Shown piece after piece: positions 1-12,726 of a DNA stretch of 64,000 nucleotides. The stretch covers positions 6,124 to 70,123 of the forward strand of contig DAOQYW010000007.1 in the NCBI GenBank assembly GCA_035343375.1, read 5' to 3'. Position numbers and translations under genes: made by a program. This stretch comes from Bacteroidales bacterium. Lineage in GTDB: Bacteria > Bacteroidota > Bacteroidia > Bacteroidales > ML635J-15. The number at the start of each line of letters is the position of its first letter. Position 1 is the first letter of the stretch. The notes under the pieces were generated by a model. The model searched no databases. It was not told where the DNA came from and saw only the letters and a list, made by a program, of their open reading frames with translations.

Positions 1-1517
1 TCATAGTAATAATCTTCATAATAGTATTCTTCATCTCCTTCATAACCGTAATTGCCTGTGTATGAATAATCTGTAAACCAACTCCAAATTCTTCCATCGT
101 TTAGCTCTATCATATTATTTACAGGAGCCGTTGTGTTATTTTCTCCTTCTGTGCCGCAAGGGTATATAGCATTTTCTTTACGGAATCCGATTTCTATTCG
201 ATAAATAGCTCCGGGGTCAGTTTCAACAATGTCACTCAAATTCAAATAAAATGTATTCCATTCGCCAAAATCTTCAACATCTGTTTGTTCCAGACTAATA
301 GTTTTGTTTTTAACAACTTTACCTACACGATTTAAATTATATCCGCCACTAAGAGAATTGTCCTGCAAAAACTGGAGGATGTTGTTTTCAAAAATCTTAA
401 TTATTCTGACGTCAACAGCTTTGATGTTAACAGCTTTAAAAGATACAACCTGTCCTTCTGTAGTTGTAGGAATAATTACACCGGTTTCGCTAAGACTAAG
501 TTCCGGTTTACGCATGGCAAAGCTAATACGATTGGTAACTCCGGCGTCTAATTTCTTATTATGAATATTGACAACCGATTTTGAAATTTTTAGATTATAA
601 CTTTTTGTCAGATTTTCTGTAGGAATAACTTTAACATTATTATCCATAATAATATATTTGAGATTCTCTACGTCCGATAATGAGATTAGACCTTCAAGTA
701 GTTGGTCTTCTTTAACAGGATCGGAAAATAAAATGTTTATATATTGTTCAGGAAATTGGTTAACCTGAATGTCTAATACGCAAAATTCATCTAGTGGTGG
801 TACTTTTAATTCAGTTTCTCCAACGCTTTTCGAATTAATAGTTGAACCGTCATATTTTATTTTCAAGGTCTGATCTTTATTACCTCTGGTTATGTTTTTT
901 ATTGAAAATATATATTCTAATTCAGTAGCTTTTTCTATTTCAATATTTAAATCATCACCGCTAATTGATGCAGAAAGACACTTTTTCAAATCTTCTATGT
1001 TTTCTGAATCGTTAAGTATTATCTTTCCAAATACATCTTGTTTCTTGAAATCCTGGCGGTCGGTAGTAGTAATTCTGTCAATTTGCACATTTAAAACCTG
1101 ATGCTTTGTTTGAACTCTAAAGACAAACTCTTGTGCAGATTTATCAATATCGCTATTCAATTTTTCAAGATTAAAAGTAACAATGTAAGTTTTGCCTGAT
1201 TCCAATGGTTTATCAGGTTTAAATTCAACAATATTATTATCTTTCCAGCTTACAGTACCTTTAACTTTTGGATAAACTTCAATAATATTTGTTTTTTTCT
1301 TATCAATTGAGCTAAAAAATTGATCAGTTAACTGTATTGCAATTACATCATTTTTTGAAATTACTTCACCTGTGTATGCTGTAATGTATTCTTTAAAAAG
1401 TTCAGGATTAGATAATTTGAATTTCTTTTCTCCTCTAAACATGCTGATTACAACTATCAAAATAGTCGCAGCCAATGCGATACCACTGATCCAGTAAATA
1501 ATTTTGGTATTTTTCAT
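1..1517 (-). CDS. Alpha-2-macroglobulin family (MG2) protein, N-terminal part; runs off the window start
   Basis: Not in the ORF track. ATG at 1517 (CAT 1515-1517), open frame to the window edge. Manual translation: MKNTKIIYWISGIALAATILIVVISMF (N-terminal anchor), EYITAYTGEVISKNDVIAIQL, ILFSDPV, KAVNIKAVDVRIIKIFENNILQFLQDN, PGAIYRIEIGF and a YYYEDYYY tract, all resembling Bacteroidota A2M N-termini. Confidence 0.8.
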   Translation of the reverse strand, partial: MKNTKIIYWISGIALAATILIVVISMFRGEKKFKLSNPELFKEYITAYTGEVISKNDVIAIQLTDQFFSSIDKKKTNIIEVYPKVKGTVSWKDNNIVEFKPDKPLESGKTYIVTFNLEKLNSDIDKSAQEFVFRVQTKHQVLNVQIDRITTTDRQDFKKQDVFGKIILNDSENIEDLKKCLSASISGDDLNIEIEKATELEYIFSIKNITRGNKDQTLKIKYDGSTINSKSVGETELKVPPLDEFCVLDIQVNQFPEQYINILFSDPVKEDQLLEGLISLSDVENLKYIIMDNNVKVIPTENLTKSYNLKISKSVVNIHNKKLDAGVTNRISFAMRKPELSLSETGVIIPTTTEGQVVSFKAVNIKAVDVRIIKIFENNILQFLQDNSLSGGYNLNRVGKVVKNKTISLEQTDVEDFGEWNTFYLNLSDIVETDPGAIYRIEIGFRKENAIYPCGTEGENNTTAPVNNMIELNDGRIWSWFTDYSYTGNYGYEGDEEYYYEDYYY

Positions 1518-1604
1518 TATAGATAAATTATGGGTTTATACTAGTACAAACATAAAAAATTTAAAACGAATAGGGTAGGCAATTAAGTATTTATAACTGT
1601 GAAA

Positions 1605-1637
1605 AATAAAAAAGATATTAACGATTGTTAATATCTT
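1605..1637 (-). terminator. Intrinsic terminator downstream of clpC
   Basis: Perfect 11-bp stem AAGATATTAAC-gatt-GTTAATATCTT (1612-1637); the A-rich run on its left gives a U-tail on the - strand. Confidence 0.6.
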
Positions 1638-1664
1638 CCTAATATCATTTATTAAAAACAAATA

Positions 1665-4193
1665 CTATTCTTTGTCTTTACTTATTTTAATAGTGATTCC
1701 TGTTTTTTCACTAAACCCGACAGTAATTGTATCACCTTGTGATATCTCTGCTTTAATAATAGTTTCGGCCATAGCATCTTCAACATATTTTTGAAGTGCT
1801 CTTTTTAATGGTCTGGCACCAAATTTTGGGTCAAAACCTCTTTCAGCAATATAACTTTTAGCAGCCGGAGTAAGTTTAATATAATAACCAAGTTCTTTAA
1901 CTCTATTATATAAACCTTTCAACTCTATATCAATTATTTTGAAAATGTCTTCTTTTGAAAGCGAATTAAATAGAACGACATCGTCAATACGATTTAAAAA
2001 TTCCGGAGCAAAAGCTTTCTTTAATGCTGCTTCAATAATACTTTTAGCATTTGCATCAATACTTGCTTTTCTTGCAGTGGTATCAAAACCGACGCCTTTA
2101 CCATATTCAGACAGTTGTCTTGTCCCAATGTTTGAGGTCATGATAACTATAGAATTTCTGAAATCAATTCTTCTACCAAGGCTATCAGTTAGTCTTCCTT
2201 CGTCTAAAACCTGAAGCAAAATATGAAATACGTCAGGATGAGCTTTTTCTATTTCGTCTAATAATACGACAGAATAGGGTTTACGTCTTACTTTTTCAGT
2301 GAGTTGGCCGCCTTCTTCATAGCCAACATATCCGGGAGGTGCTCCAACTAAACGAGATACGGAAAATTTCTCCATATATTCGCTCATATCTATTCTAATA
2401 AGAGCATCTTCTGTGTCGAACAGATATTTAGCCAAAACCTTTGCCAATTGCGTTTTCCCGACTCCTGTAGGACCAAGAAATACAAATGTCCCAATAGGTT
2501 TATTAGGGTCTTTTAATCCAGCGCGGTTACGTTGAATTGCCTGAACGACTTTTTTAATTGCATTTTCTTGGCCAATTACACTACCCGCAAGTTCTGCCTC
2601 CATTTGTAATAATCTGTTACCTTCGGTCTGAGCAATTCTTCTAACAGGTACACCTGTCATCATAGCAACAACTTCTGCTACATTTTCTTCATCAACAGTT
2701 TCGCGTCTTTCACTAATTTCTTTTATCCACTGATCTTTAGCAAGTTCAATTGCATTTTCAATTTCTCTCTCTTTGTCACGCATAGAAGCAGCTTTTTCGA
2801 ACTGCTGATCTTTTACAGCTTTAAGCTTCATATTTCGTGCATTCTGAAGATCTTCTTCAAGCTTAATAATTTTATTTGGCACAGAAGCAGTAGAAATATG
2901 AACTCTGGAGCCGGCTTCATCAAGAGCATCAATTGCCTTGTCGGGTAATGCCCTGTCGCTAACGTAACGCATGGTTAGTTTAACGCAGGCTTCTAAGGCG
3001 TGGTCTGTATATGTTACCTTATGATGGTCTTCGTATTTTTCCTTAATTTTATGAAGAATCATTAATGTCTCGTCAGGACTGGTTGCTTCAACCATTACTT
3101 TTTGAAAACGGCGTTCTAAAGCTCCGTCTTTTTCAATATTTTGTCTGTATTCGTCAAGAGTTGTTGCACCAATACATTGTATTTCGCCTCTTGCTAATGC
3201 TGGTTTTAACATGTTGGCAGCATCTAGTGAGCCTGTTGTACCCCCGGCACCGACAATAGTATGAATTTCGTCAATAAACAATATTACATCATTTGCTTTT
3301 ACTAATTCATCAATTATGGCTTTCATTCTTTCCTCAAATTGTCCACGATATTTTGTTCCTGCAACAATTGAAGCCATGTCAAGAGTAATTACTCTTTTAT
3401 CAAAAAGCAAATGAGATACTTTTTTTTGTATTATTCTTGCAGCAAGACCTTCGACAATAGCAGATTTTCCTACACCGGGCTCACCAATCAACACAGGATT
3501 GTTCTTTTTTCTTCTTGACAATATCTGAGAAATACGTTCAATTTCCGTATCTCTACCAACAATTGGGTCAAGTTTGCCTTCTTCAACAGCTTTTGTGAGG
3601 TCCACGCCAAAACTGTCAAGTACCGGAGTGTCCGATTTCGATTTACTCGTTGTCCTTCTTGATGCACCTGGATCTGCCGATGAACTTCCATAAGGTCCGG
3701 AACCGGAATCTTCGTTTTCATCTTCATCATCATCATCAGAAGACGCAGAACCTGTAAACTCACTCATTTCCATACTCATTTTTACCATATCATATTCAAT
3801 ACTAAATTCATCCAGTAATTGTGAAAAGCGGCTTGGAACTTTTAATATAGCAAGAAGTAAATGTCCAGTATTTATTTCGTCAGAGTTAAGAGATATGGCT
3901 TCCGAATACATAAATTTCTGAATTCTTTCTGTAGTCTTTGTAGGAACCACTTTATCCATATCATCCATAGTTAGCTCGTTGTTAATATTTTTTACGTGAG
4001 CTTCTATTTTTTCTTTTAGTTCGTGTATATTTATGTCCAATTCTTTTAGTATATCCACAGCTTCGCAAGACGATTCGCGTAAAATACCAAGAAACAGATG
4101 TTCAGGTCCTAAATAATCATTGCCAAGCCTAATGGCTTCCTCTTTACTGTATTGAATAACATCAAGCAATGACTGAGAAAATTTTCTTTTCAT
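1665..4193 (-). CDS. clpC: ATP-dependent Clp protease ATP-binding subunit ClpC
   Basis: Double Clp-N domain, two AAA+ modules (GEPGVGKS and GPTGVGKT Walker A; FIDEIH and LLDEIEKAH Walker B), short UVR-type middle coil, GARPLKR motif. Confidence 0.95.
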   Translation of the reverse strand: MKRKFSQSLLDVIQYSKEEAIRLGNDYLGPEHLFLGILRESSCEAVDILKELDINIHELKEKIEAHVKNINNELTMDDMDKVVPTKTTERIQKFMYSEAISLNSDEINTGHLLLAILKVPSRFSQLLDEFSIEYDMVKMSMEMSEFTGSASSDDDDEDENEDSGSGPYGSSSADPGASRRTTSKSKSDTPVLDSFGVDLTKAVEEGKLDPIVGRDTEIERISQILSRRKKNNPVLIGEPGVGKSAIVEGLAARIIQKKVSHLLFDKRVITLDMASIVAGTKYRGQFEERMKAIIDELVKANDVILFIDEIHTIVGAGGTTGSLDAANMLKPALARGEIQCIGATTLDEYRQNIEKDGALERRFQKVMVEATSPDETLMILHKIKEKYEDHHKVTYTDHALEACVKLTMRYVSDRALPDKAIDALDEAGSRVHISTASVPNKIIKLEEDLQNARNMKLKAVKDQQFEKAASMRDKEREIENAIELAKDQWIKEISERRETVDEENVAEVVAMMTGVPVRRIAQTEGNRLLQMEAELAGSVIGQENAIKKVVQAIQRNRAGLKDPNKPIGTFVFLGPTGVGKTQLAKVLAKYLFDTEDALIRIDMSEYMEKFSVSRLVGAPPGYVGYEEGGQLTEKVRRKPYSVVLLDEIEKAHPDVFHILLQVLDEGRLTDSLGRRIDFRNSIVIMTSNIGTRQLSEYGKGVGFDTTARKASIDANAKSIIEAALKKAFAPEFLNRIDDVVLFNSLSKEDIFKIIDIELKGLYNRVKELGYYIKLTPAAKSYIAERGFDPKFGARPLKRALQKYVEDAMAETIIKAEISQGDTITVGFSEKTGITIKISKDKE

Positions 4194-4263
4194 ATATATT
4201 ATCTAATTCAACTTTAAAAATATAAAACTATTTATTACAAACGAATAAATGATGTATTATTTT

Positions 4264-4299
4264 ACAAAATTACTAATAATTTTGTTAATATCGATATTA
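4264..4299. promoter_or_regulatory. Two adjacent palindromes containing opposed -7 boxes in the clpC/gyrA divergent promoter region
   Basis: ACAAAATTA-ctaa-TAATTTTGT (4264-4285) contains TAATTTTG on both strands; it is followed by the perfect palindrome TAATATCGATATTA (4286-4299). Confidence 0.35.
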
Positions 4300-4553
4300 G
4301 TAAATAAGAGAAGCTTAGTTTTTGATTTTTTTAAGTTTTGTAATAATGATTTTCATTGGAAAATGCAGTTACTTAAATTAACTTAAACAATGATTAAGAT
4401 GCAAATCAGACAAATTTTTATAAACATAAATTGTTGAAAAGTAACCACAATCTTGAAAAATTTAACAAAAGAAAAGTACTATTTTAGTAAACTTTTTAAA
4501 AAATACACAAAAGGTTGAAATATAGTGAAATAGAAATTTAAAATCAAAGGATT

Positions 4554-7127
<2,574 letters not shown>

Positions 7128-7147
7128 AATAATTGGCAAAGTGTTTG

Positions 7148-7155
7148 TATATTTG
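7148..7155 (+). promoter_or_regulatory. Bacteroidota -7 promoter box (TAnnTTTG)
   Basis: TATATTTG about 40 bp upstream of the TPR gene ATG. Confidence 0.45.
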
Positions 7156-7194
7156 CTGTCGAATTTTTAAAATTGATAATTTAAAAGTATTATT

Positions 7195-8463
7195 ATGAAA
7201 AAGTTAAGTGTATTATTTTTAATGTGTGCATTGAGTTTTTCTGTTTTTGCTCAAAAAAATGCAGTTACCAGTGCCTGGAGTTATTTAAAGGACGGTTTTT
7301 TGGATGATGCAAAAAAGTCTATTGACAAAGCTGAAGCCCATGCAGACACAAAAGATTGGTATAAAACTTATTATTTTAAAGGTCAGATTTATCAGGAAAT
7401 AGGAATATCTGAAAAACCAAAATACAAATCTTTATGTACAGATTGTCTTGATATTTCTTATGAAGCTTATATGAAAGCAATTAAGTTAAATTTCAAAAAT
7501 CCGGATCATAGGAATTTAGATTTAACTACTGAATTAGGACTAATGCAATTCCTAACGATTCTGAATGAAGCTAATGAAAAAAATTATGAAGATACGGAAG
7601 CTTTGTATGATATTATTTTAAACAGATTTCCTGCATTATCAAATGCATTTATAAATCAAGGCGTAACAAAATATCAGGCAAATGATTTCGAAGGAGCATA
7701 CACAAATTTTGAAAAAGCAGTAATGATTGCAACTTTATCTTTCAAAGCAGATACACAATTATATTATTTTACTTCGCTTGCTGCTATGAAAGCCCAAAAG
7801 TTTGAAGAAGCTGTTCAGTTGAATAAATTACTGATTGATATGAAATTTGGTGCTGATGATGATGAAAGAGTTAGTATTTATCTTAATCAAGCTATTGCAT
7901 ACAGACAAATTGGCGATACTGCAAATATGCTTAAAACTCTTGAAAGTGGTATTAAAGCATATCCAAATGCAAATTATCCTTTAGTCATAGAAACTTTTAA
8001 CTATTATGTTAATCAGGGCGAAAATGAAAAAGCTTTTGAATATATCAATATGGCAATAGTTAAAAATCCTGAAGATGCACAGTTCTATGTAATCAGAGGC
8101 ACTTTGCTAGAAGAAATGAAACGAAAATCGGAAGCACAGGTTGATTATAAAAAGGCTCTTGAACTAAATCCTGAGAATTTTGATGCAAATTACAGTATGG
8201 GTGCTTTCTATTATAATACTGCTGTTGATACTTTGGATTGGGCAGATAAAAATATTCCTATCACTCAATTTCAGGAATTGGATAAATATAAAATCATTGC
8301 AAATGACTATTTTAGCCAGGCATTACCTTTTCTTGAAAAAGCTCAAACTCAGCAACCTACTAACTTGAATGTGTTATCGACTCTTAAAACAATTTATTAC
8401 AGGTTGATGATGATGGATAAATATAACGAGATGACAACGAAAATAAACGCTCTGACAAACTAA
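7195..8463 (+). CDS. Secreted tetratricopeptide-repeat protein
   Basis: Signal peptide ending AQ; TPR-like helices (YKKALELNPENFDANYSMG, ALPFLEKA); gyrA-TPR adjacency is common in Bacteroidota. Confidence 0.85.
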   Translation: MKKLSVLFLMCALSFSVFAQKNAVTSAWSYLKDGFLDDAKKSIDKAEAHADTKDWYKTYYFKGQIYQEIGISEKPKYKSLCTDCLDISYEAYMKAIKLNFKNPDHRNLDLTTELGLMQFLTILNEANEKNYEDTEALYDIILNRFPALSNAFINQGVTKYQANDFEGAYTNFEKAVMIATLSFKADTQLYYFTSLAAMKAQKFEEAVQLNKLLIDMKFGADDDERVSIYLNQAIAYRQIGDTANMLKTLESGIKAYPNANYPLVIETFNYYVNQGENEKAFEYINMAIVKNPEDAQFYVIRGTLLEEMKRKSEAQVDYKKALELNPENFDANYSMGAFYYNTAVDTLDWADKNIPITQFQELDKYKIIANDYFSQALPFLEKAQTQQPTNLNVLSTLKTIYYRLMMMDKYNEMTTKINALTN

Positions 8464-8487
8464 AGAACATTTTAAAAGTATATTTAT

Positions 8488-8519
8488 AAGCTGTTTGATT
8501 ATTTTCAGACAGCTTTTTT
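8488..8519 (+). terminator. Intrinsic terminator after the TPR gene
   Basis: AAGCTGTTTGA-ttatt-TCAGACAGCTT followed by a T-run. Confidence 0.7.
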
Positions 8520-8574
8520 GTTTATAATATTTATCAATTAATACAAATTGTTATAATTAAAGTATAAGTATAAA

Positions 8575-8606
8575 TTGTAAATTTGTAAATTTGTAAATTT
8601 GTAAAT
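8575..8606 (+). repeat. 4 x TTGTAAAT tandem repeat containing three TAAATTTG -7 boxes
   Basis: Exact 8-bp units at 8575, 8583, 8591 and 8599, ending 20 bp before the ATG at 8627. Confidence 0.85.
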
Positions 8607-8626
8607 ATTTATAAAAATATAGAGAA

Positions 8627-10186
8627 ATGAAAAGACTTATTTTACTTACAGCAACAGTTCTAATTTGTTTACCAGCTTATGTCCAGACACAGATTGAACT
8701 AGATTTCGGCATTTTGCAAAATGGTTCGCAATTGGCTTTAGACAGTATTTTAATTGAAAATCAGACTGCTGGTGGTGATACTATGATTTATAACTCACAT
8801 ACAGGATTTGTTTTTGATATGATTTCCGGAATACGTAATCCGAAATTAACAGAAAGCAATAAACTTGAGGTAAAACAAAATTATCCAAATCCTTTTTCGG
8901 GTGAAACTGTAATTGATATTTATGTTCCTGATAATGAGGTGTTTGTTAAAGTATTTGATTCCACAGGCAAGTTAGTCTTAAACGAAAAATATATTACAGG
9001 TAAAGGTTCCTGTAGTTTTACTTTTACACCCGGAGAAGCAAAACAGTATATTGCAAGTTTTACTTGCGGTGAACAGGAGAGTAGCATAAAAATGACATAT
9101 TCGGGGAGTTCTAAAACCAAAGCTTCTTTAGCTTTTAACGGACAAATAAATATGCTTTCATTAAAATCGGTGAAATCAGGACCATTTGTTTACAATCAGG
9201 GAGATGTATTGAATTTTACAGGATTTGTAACTGTGTGTAATGAGGCAGAAAGTACATCGTTTACTGATAGCCCGGTTGTTTCACAAACTTATAATTTTGA
9301 TTTTACATATCTTACAGTTATTCAGCCTGATGCACCTGTGAAGGAGAATTTGTCTGTTACTGAGAATACAATAAATTGGTCATGGACAGCAGTTGACGGG
9401 GCTACAGGCTACAAATACAATTTTGTAAATGATTATTCAAGTGCTATTGACCTTGAGACAGAACATTCATATATGCAGGAAGAACTGTTAGCCGGTACAA
9501 ATTACAAGTTATTTGCTTGGGCATATAATGAATGCGGAGAATCATTTTCTACAAGAATTGATACTGCAACAACTGCACTACCACTAACACAAGACGAAAT
9601 AGATCTTATCTTATCGGGTGAATCTACAGAAGCAATGTATGTTTTAAATATCTGTATTCAACCTGATACTATGGTTTTAAGAGCCATATCAACCAATGTA
9701 ATTGTTGGAGAGGAAAACTTACAGCATTTCACAGATAGGATGAAAGTAACTGTTGTTGGGACAGGAGTAGGACTAGCTGCTCCGCAAGTAGGTGTTAATC
9801 GCAGAATAATTTGGGTACAAAGGTATGACAAAGGAACAGTTGTAAACAGACCATGGGAATTATATTTCAATCCTAGAATTGTAGCTTATTCAGATACCGT
9901 AGCTCTTCGTTCGGACGGGTGTTTATCAGTGCCGGGAACTTGTGAGAGCACTTGGAGTATTGCAGGAAATTCATATCGTCCAAAATGGGTGGACGTAGAG
10001 TATTATTTAGAGGATGGCACATTTGTTCATGAGAGAATAAACCATCAGTACACTGCTCATATATTCCAACACGAAATTGATCACTTGAACGGGATAATGT
10101 TTTTTGACAGACAGGTAGAGGAGGTTCCCGAAGAGTTTACAATAATTGAAGGTGATTCTTATGAGGGGTTACCACCAATTGATTAG
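8627..10186 (+). CDS. Secreted fusion protein: T9SS-CTD-like domain + FN3 + C-terminal peptide deformylase
   Basis: Signal peptide; QNYPNPF..VKVFDSTGKLV Ig-like segment; FN3 (WSWTAVDGATGY..YKLFAWAYNECGES); PDF motifs GVGLAAPQ, DGCLS and QHEIDHLNG. Confidence 0.85.
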   Translation: MKRLILLTATVLICLPAYVQTQIELDFGILQNGSQLALDSILIENQTAGGDTMIYNSHTGFVFDMISGIRNPKLTESNKLEVKQNYPNPFSGETVIDIYVPDNEVFVKVFDSTGKLVLNEKYITGKGSCSFTFTPGEAKQYIASFTCGEQESSIKMTYSGSSKTKASLAFNGQINMLSLKSVKSGPFVYNQGDVLNFTGFVTVCNEAESTSFTDSPVVSQTYNFDFTYLTVIQPDAPVKENLSVTENTINWSWTAVDGATGYKYNFVNDYSSAIDLETEHSYMQEELLAGTNYKLFAWAYNECGESFSTRIDTATTALPLTQDEIDLILSGESTEAMYVLNICIQPDTMVLRAISTNVIVGEENLQHFTDRMKVTVVGTGVGLAAPQVGVNRRIIWVQRYDKGTVVNRPWELYFNPRIVAYSDTVALRSDGCLSVPGTCESTWSIAGNSYRPKWVDVEYYLEDGTFVHERINHQYTAHIFQHEIDHLNGIMFFDRQVEEVPEEFTIIEGDSYEGLPPID

Positions 10187-10274
10187 GAGTTAAAATAGAT
10201 TAACAGTTTAACTAAAAGAATTTAATATCTGATTCTAAACTTAGTTCGAGCAAAATTTTTTTAAAAAATTGCAG

Positions 10275-10679
10275 TTATAGGGCGTTTTTAATAATTTGTA
10301 TCTTCATTTCTCGATCAAAGGAATACGTTTTACTTTTAAATATTATCAGTTCATAAAGTTGTAATGATTTTTCTAGATATTTTTTAGATTGTTCAGATTT
10401 ATCATTAAATCCAATTTGTGAAATTAACTCAGCAAGAAATTCAATGTTTTCAATATTAAAACCAACAAATTTGCTAAGGTATTCATTAGAATCGTCAGAA
10501 TTTAATTTTAAAAATTTATCAAGATCAAAGTTAATTTCTTTCAATAGCATTTCGTTAACATCATCTTTTTCTGCAATAATACTTGTGTTTTCTTGCCCTC
10601 CAAATAGTTTTTGACGAATAGAACTAATTATTTGTCCGATTTTTTCGATTTCACGTAATATGTAGTCTTTTTGTTCCAT
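10275..10679 (-). CDS. Hypothetical helical protein (MEQKDYILREIEKIG-type N-terminus, DUF6483-like)
   Basis: 134-aa ORF with ATG start; the family resemblance is from memory only. Confidence 0.6.
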   Translation of the reverse strand: MEQKDYILREIEKIGQIISSIRQKLFGGQENTSIIAEKDDVNEMLLKEINFDLDKFLKLNSDDSNEYLSKFVGFNIENIEFLAELISQIGFNDKSEQSKKYLEKSLQLYELIIFKSKTYSFDREMKIQIIKNAL

Positions 10680-10687
10680 TATTGCAA

Positions 10688-11245
10688 TTAGTTTAAATGA
10701 TAATTTATTAAATCAAATTTGTATATTGTGCCATTGTCATCGGGAAAGGGAAATTCTTTCTTTATAAGGCCAATATTTTTTGACCAGTAATATTTATAAT
10801 TGTCTTTTGAAAACATTGTGATATTATAAAAACATATCCCATTAATAAAAATAGAATCCATTGTTAAGTATTCATAACCTTCAATTGTTGTCGGAGGATC
10901 ATAATAAAACCCAATATAGCGTTTTTCAAATACCGGAACAGTTGCATGACTGTATATTGAACATCCGTTTGGGTAAAACAATGAAGAATAATAGGATTGG
11001 AATAAAAGTTCTGTAGGTTCGCCATGATAATCACATCTTTCTATAAATTCAAAGGTTTGCAAATCTAAATAAACACTGTCTATCAGATCATTAATAGTAT
11101 CTCTGTAAATCCAATATGAACCGGGGTTGAAAATTACATTTGCTTTAAATTCTTCAGAGAAATAATGTTCTGGACAATTTTTGTATGGCCCATCACAGCT
11201 AAAAAGGATAAGAATTAATGTAATAAATAGAATAATATCTTTCAT
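10688..11245 (-). CDS. Hypothetical lipoprotein
   Basis: Lipobox LILFSC; FNPGSYWIY and YYWSKNIGLIKK segments; 8-bp gap to the next gene. Confidence 0.7.
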   Translation of the reverse strand: MKDIILFITLILILFSCDGPYKNCPEHYFSEEFKANVIFNPGSYWIYRDTINDLIDSVYLDLQTFEFIERCDYHGEPTELLFQSYYSSLFYPNGCSIYSHATVPVFEKRYIGFYYDPPTTIEGYEYLTMDSIFINGICFYNITMFSKDNYKYYWSKNIGLIKKEFPFPDDNGTIYKFDLINYHLN

Positions 11246-11364
11246 AATTTAAATAATTAGTGGTGTCGTCGCAGTTATTTAATCTCATCAAACTCATTAA
11301 AAAACTATTTACACAGATAGTTTGTCATTTATAAATACCTTTGGACATTATACAAAAAAACAGT

Positions 11365-11793
11365 TTATCCTACAGCCGGTATAATTACCATTTCTTCTTT
11401 AGAGTTAACATTTAATGTTAAGGTAGTTGTTATTGAGAATCCATCAGTTAAAGTTATTTTAAATGAAACTTCAGAAAACCCATTATCAATTGATAGAATT
11501 TTTACAGTTTTCATCTTTTTAATGTGCTTTATATCAGGACTGAAAAACTTTCCGTTTTTTGTATTTCCGCTTAATAATTCACTGAAAAATTGACTTGTGT
11601 TGCCAAGTAAAATATTCTCTATTTGTTGTTCACGAGTTTCTTGATCTATATAATGCATAGCATTTTCTAAATTCCCTTCAGAAATATATCCTGCAAATTC
11701 ATCACAAAATGCTTTGATTTCCTTTTTTGATAACTGGCTAAATACATTTAGGCTTAACGCCAAAATAACTATAATACATAAAAATTTTCTCAT
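11365..11793 (-). CDS. Hypothetical secreted protein
   Basis: Signal peptide ending FSQ; 142 aa. Confidence 0.65.
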   Translation of the reverse strand: MRKFLCIIVILALSLNVFSQLSKKEIKAFCDEFAGYISEGNLENAMHYIDQETREQQIENILLGNTSQFFSELLSGNTKNGKFFSPDIKHIKKMKTVKILSIDNGFSEVSFKITLTDGFSITTTLTLNVNSKEEMVIIPAVG

Positions 11794-11827
11794 AGAATAC
11801 GATTAAAATAATTATAAGCTGACAATA

Positions 11828-12559
11828 TTAATTTTCATTAAGTAAAACGTCCAGAGATTTTTGAAAATTGCTTATAGATTGACATTCGATAAAATTTGTA
11901 TTCTTTTTTGAATTCTTAAATTCAATATTGATATTTCCGGTTCCTTTTTGTCGTTTATCGGTTGTAATACTTTTATTTGAAACCATTGATTCTGCATCAA
12001 TAAAAATATCGGCAAACTGTTCAATTGAAATACCGGCTATTTTAGCTTCGCCACCGCTATATATACCCGATGAACTTTCTTCTTTTGTAACAGGAGTGTA
12101 TGTAATCGTAGATTGAGTTATTTTATATGTATTCGCATTACCATCAGAGAAAATAATTTTAACGGGATAATCAATTTTTACTATTGTGTCAAAAATCAGA
12201 TATGGACCAACACGACTTTGTACATTTGGGTCGTCAGTATCCCACAAACCGTCAAAATTCTTGACACGGGCTTTTACATACCAGTACGAATAATCGCTCA
12301 TTTTCCCTTTTATTCCACTGCATTTGGGGACATTTATAAAATCTTCGCTATCTGAAGTTAAAAAATAAAAATCTTTTATATCATTATGTTGACGACCGCC
12401 TTTATCAACAAAAATCTCTTCTGTAATTATTCCGGTTTTCCATATAAAATCCGTTTCAGTTTGTGGTATGTTTACATTACCATCGGTTTTTTTTATTTTA
12501 CATGAGAACATAATCAACAAAAAACATATCATACTGACAGCAAATAGTTTCTTCTTCAT
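11828..12559 (-). CDS. Hypothetical lipoprotein
   Basis: Lipobox LLIMFSC; 243 aa. Confidence 0.7.
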   Translation of the reverse strand: MKKKLFAVSMICFLLIMFSCKIKKTDGNVNIPQTETDFIWKTGIITEEIFVDKGGRQHNDIKDFYFLTSDSEDFINVPKCSGIKGKMSDYSYWYVKARVKNFDGLWDTDDPNVQSRVGPYLIFDTIVKIDYPVKIIFSDGNANTYKITQSTITYTPVTKEESSSGIYSGGEAKIAGISIEQFADIFIDAESMVSNKSITTDKRQKGTGNINIEFKNSKKNTNFIECQSISNFQKSLDVLLNEN

Positions 12560-12696
12560 TGGAATTATTTTAATTATGCTAATATATGACTTTTTGTTGT
12601 AATTTATTGCTTTAAATTGAATAAAATTAAATAAACATTGTTAATAAGTTGATTATCAGAATATTATCTAATAGTTTACTTTGAAAAAATAATATT

Positions 12697-12704
12697 TATA
12701 TTTG
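12697..12704 (+). promoter_or_regulatory. -7 promoter box for the aroA cluster
   Basis: TATATTTG about 22 bp before the aroA start. Confidence 0.45.
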
Positions 12705-12726
12705 CTTAATTATTAAGAACACAATT

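Noticed and set aside
10270-10290. attC/gene-cassette-like inverse core (AACGCCCTATAAC on the - strand) at the end of the 134-aa gene
   Set aside because: No complementary arm or GTT core follows and there is no integron integrase; at most an unprovable remnant.
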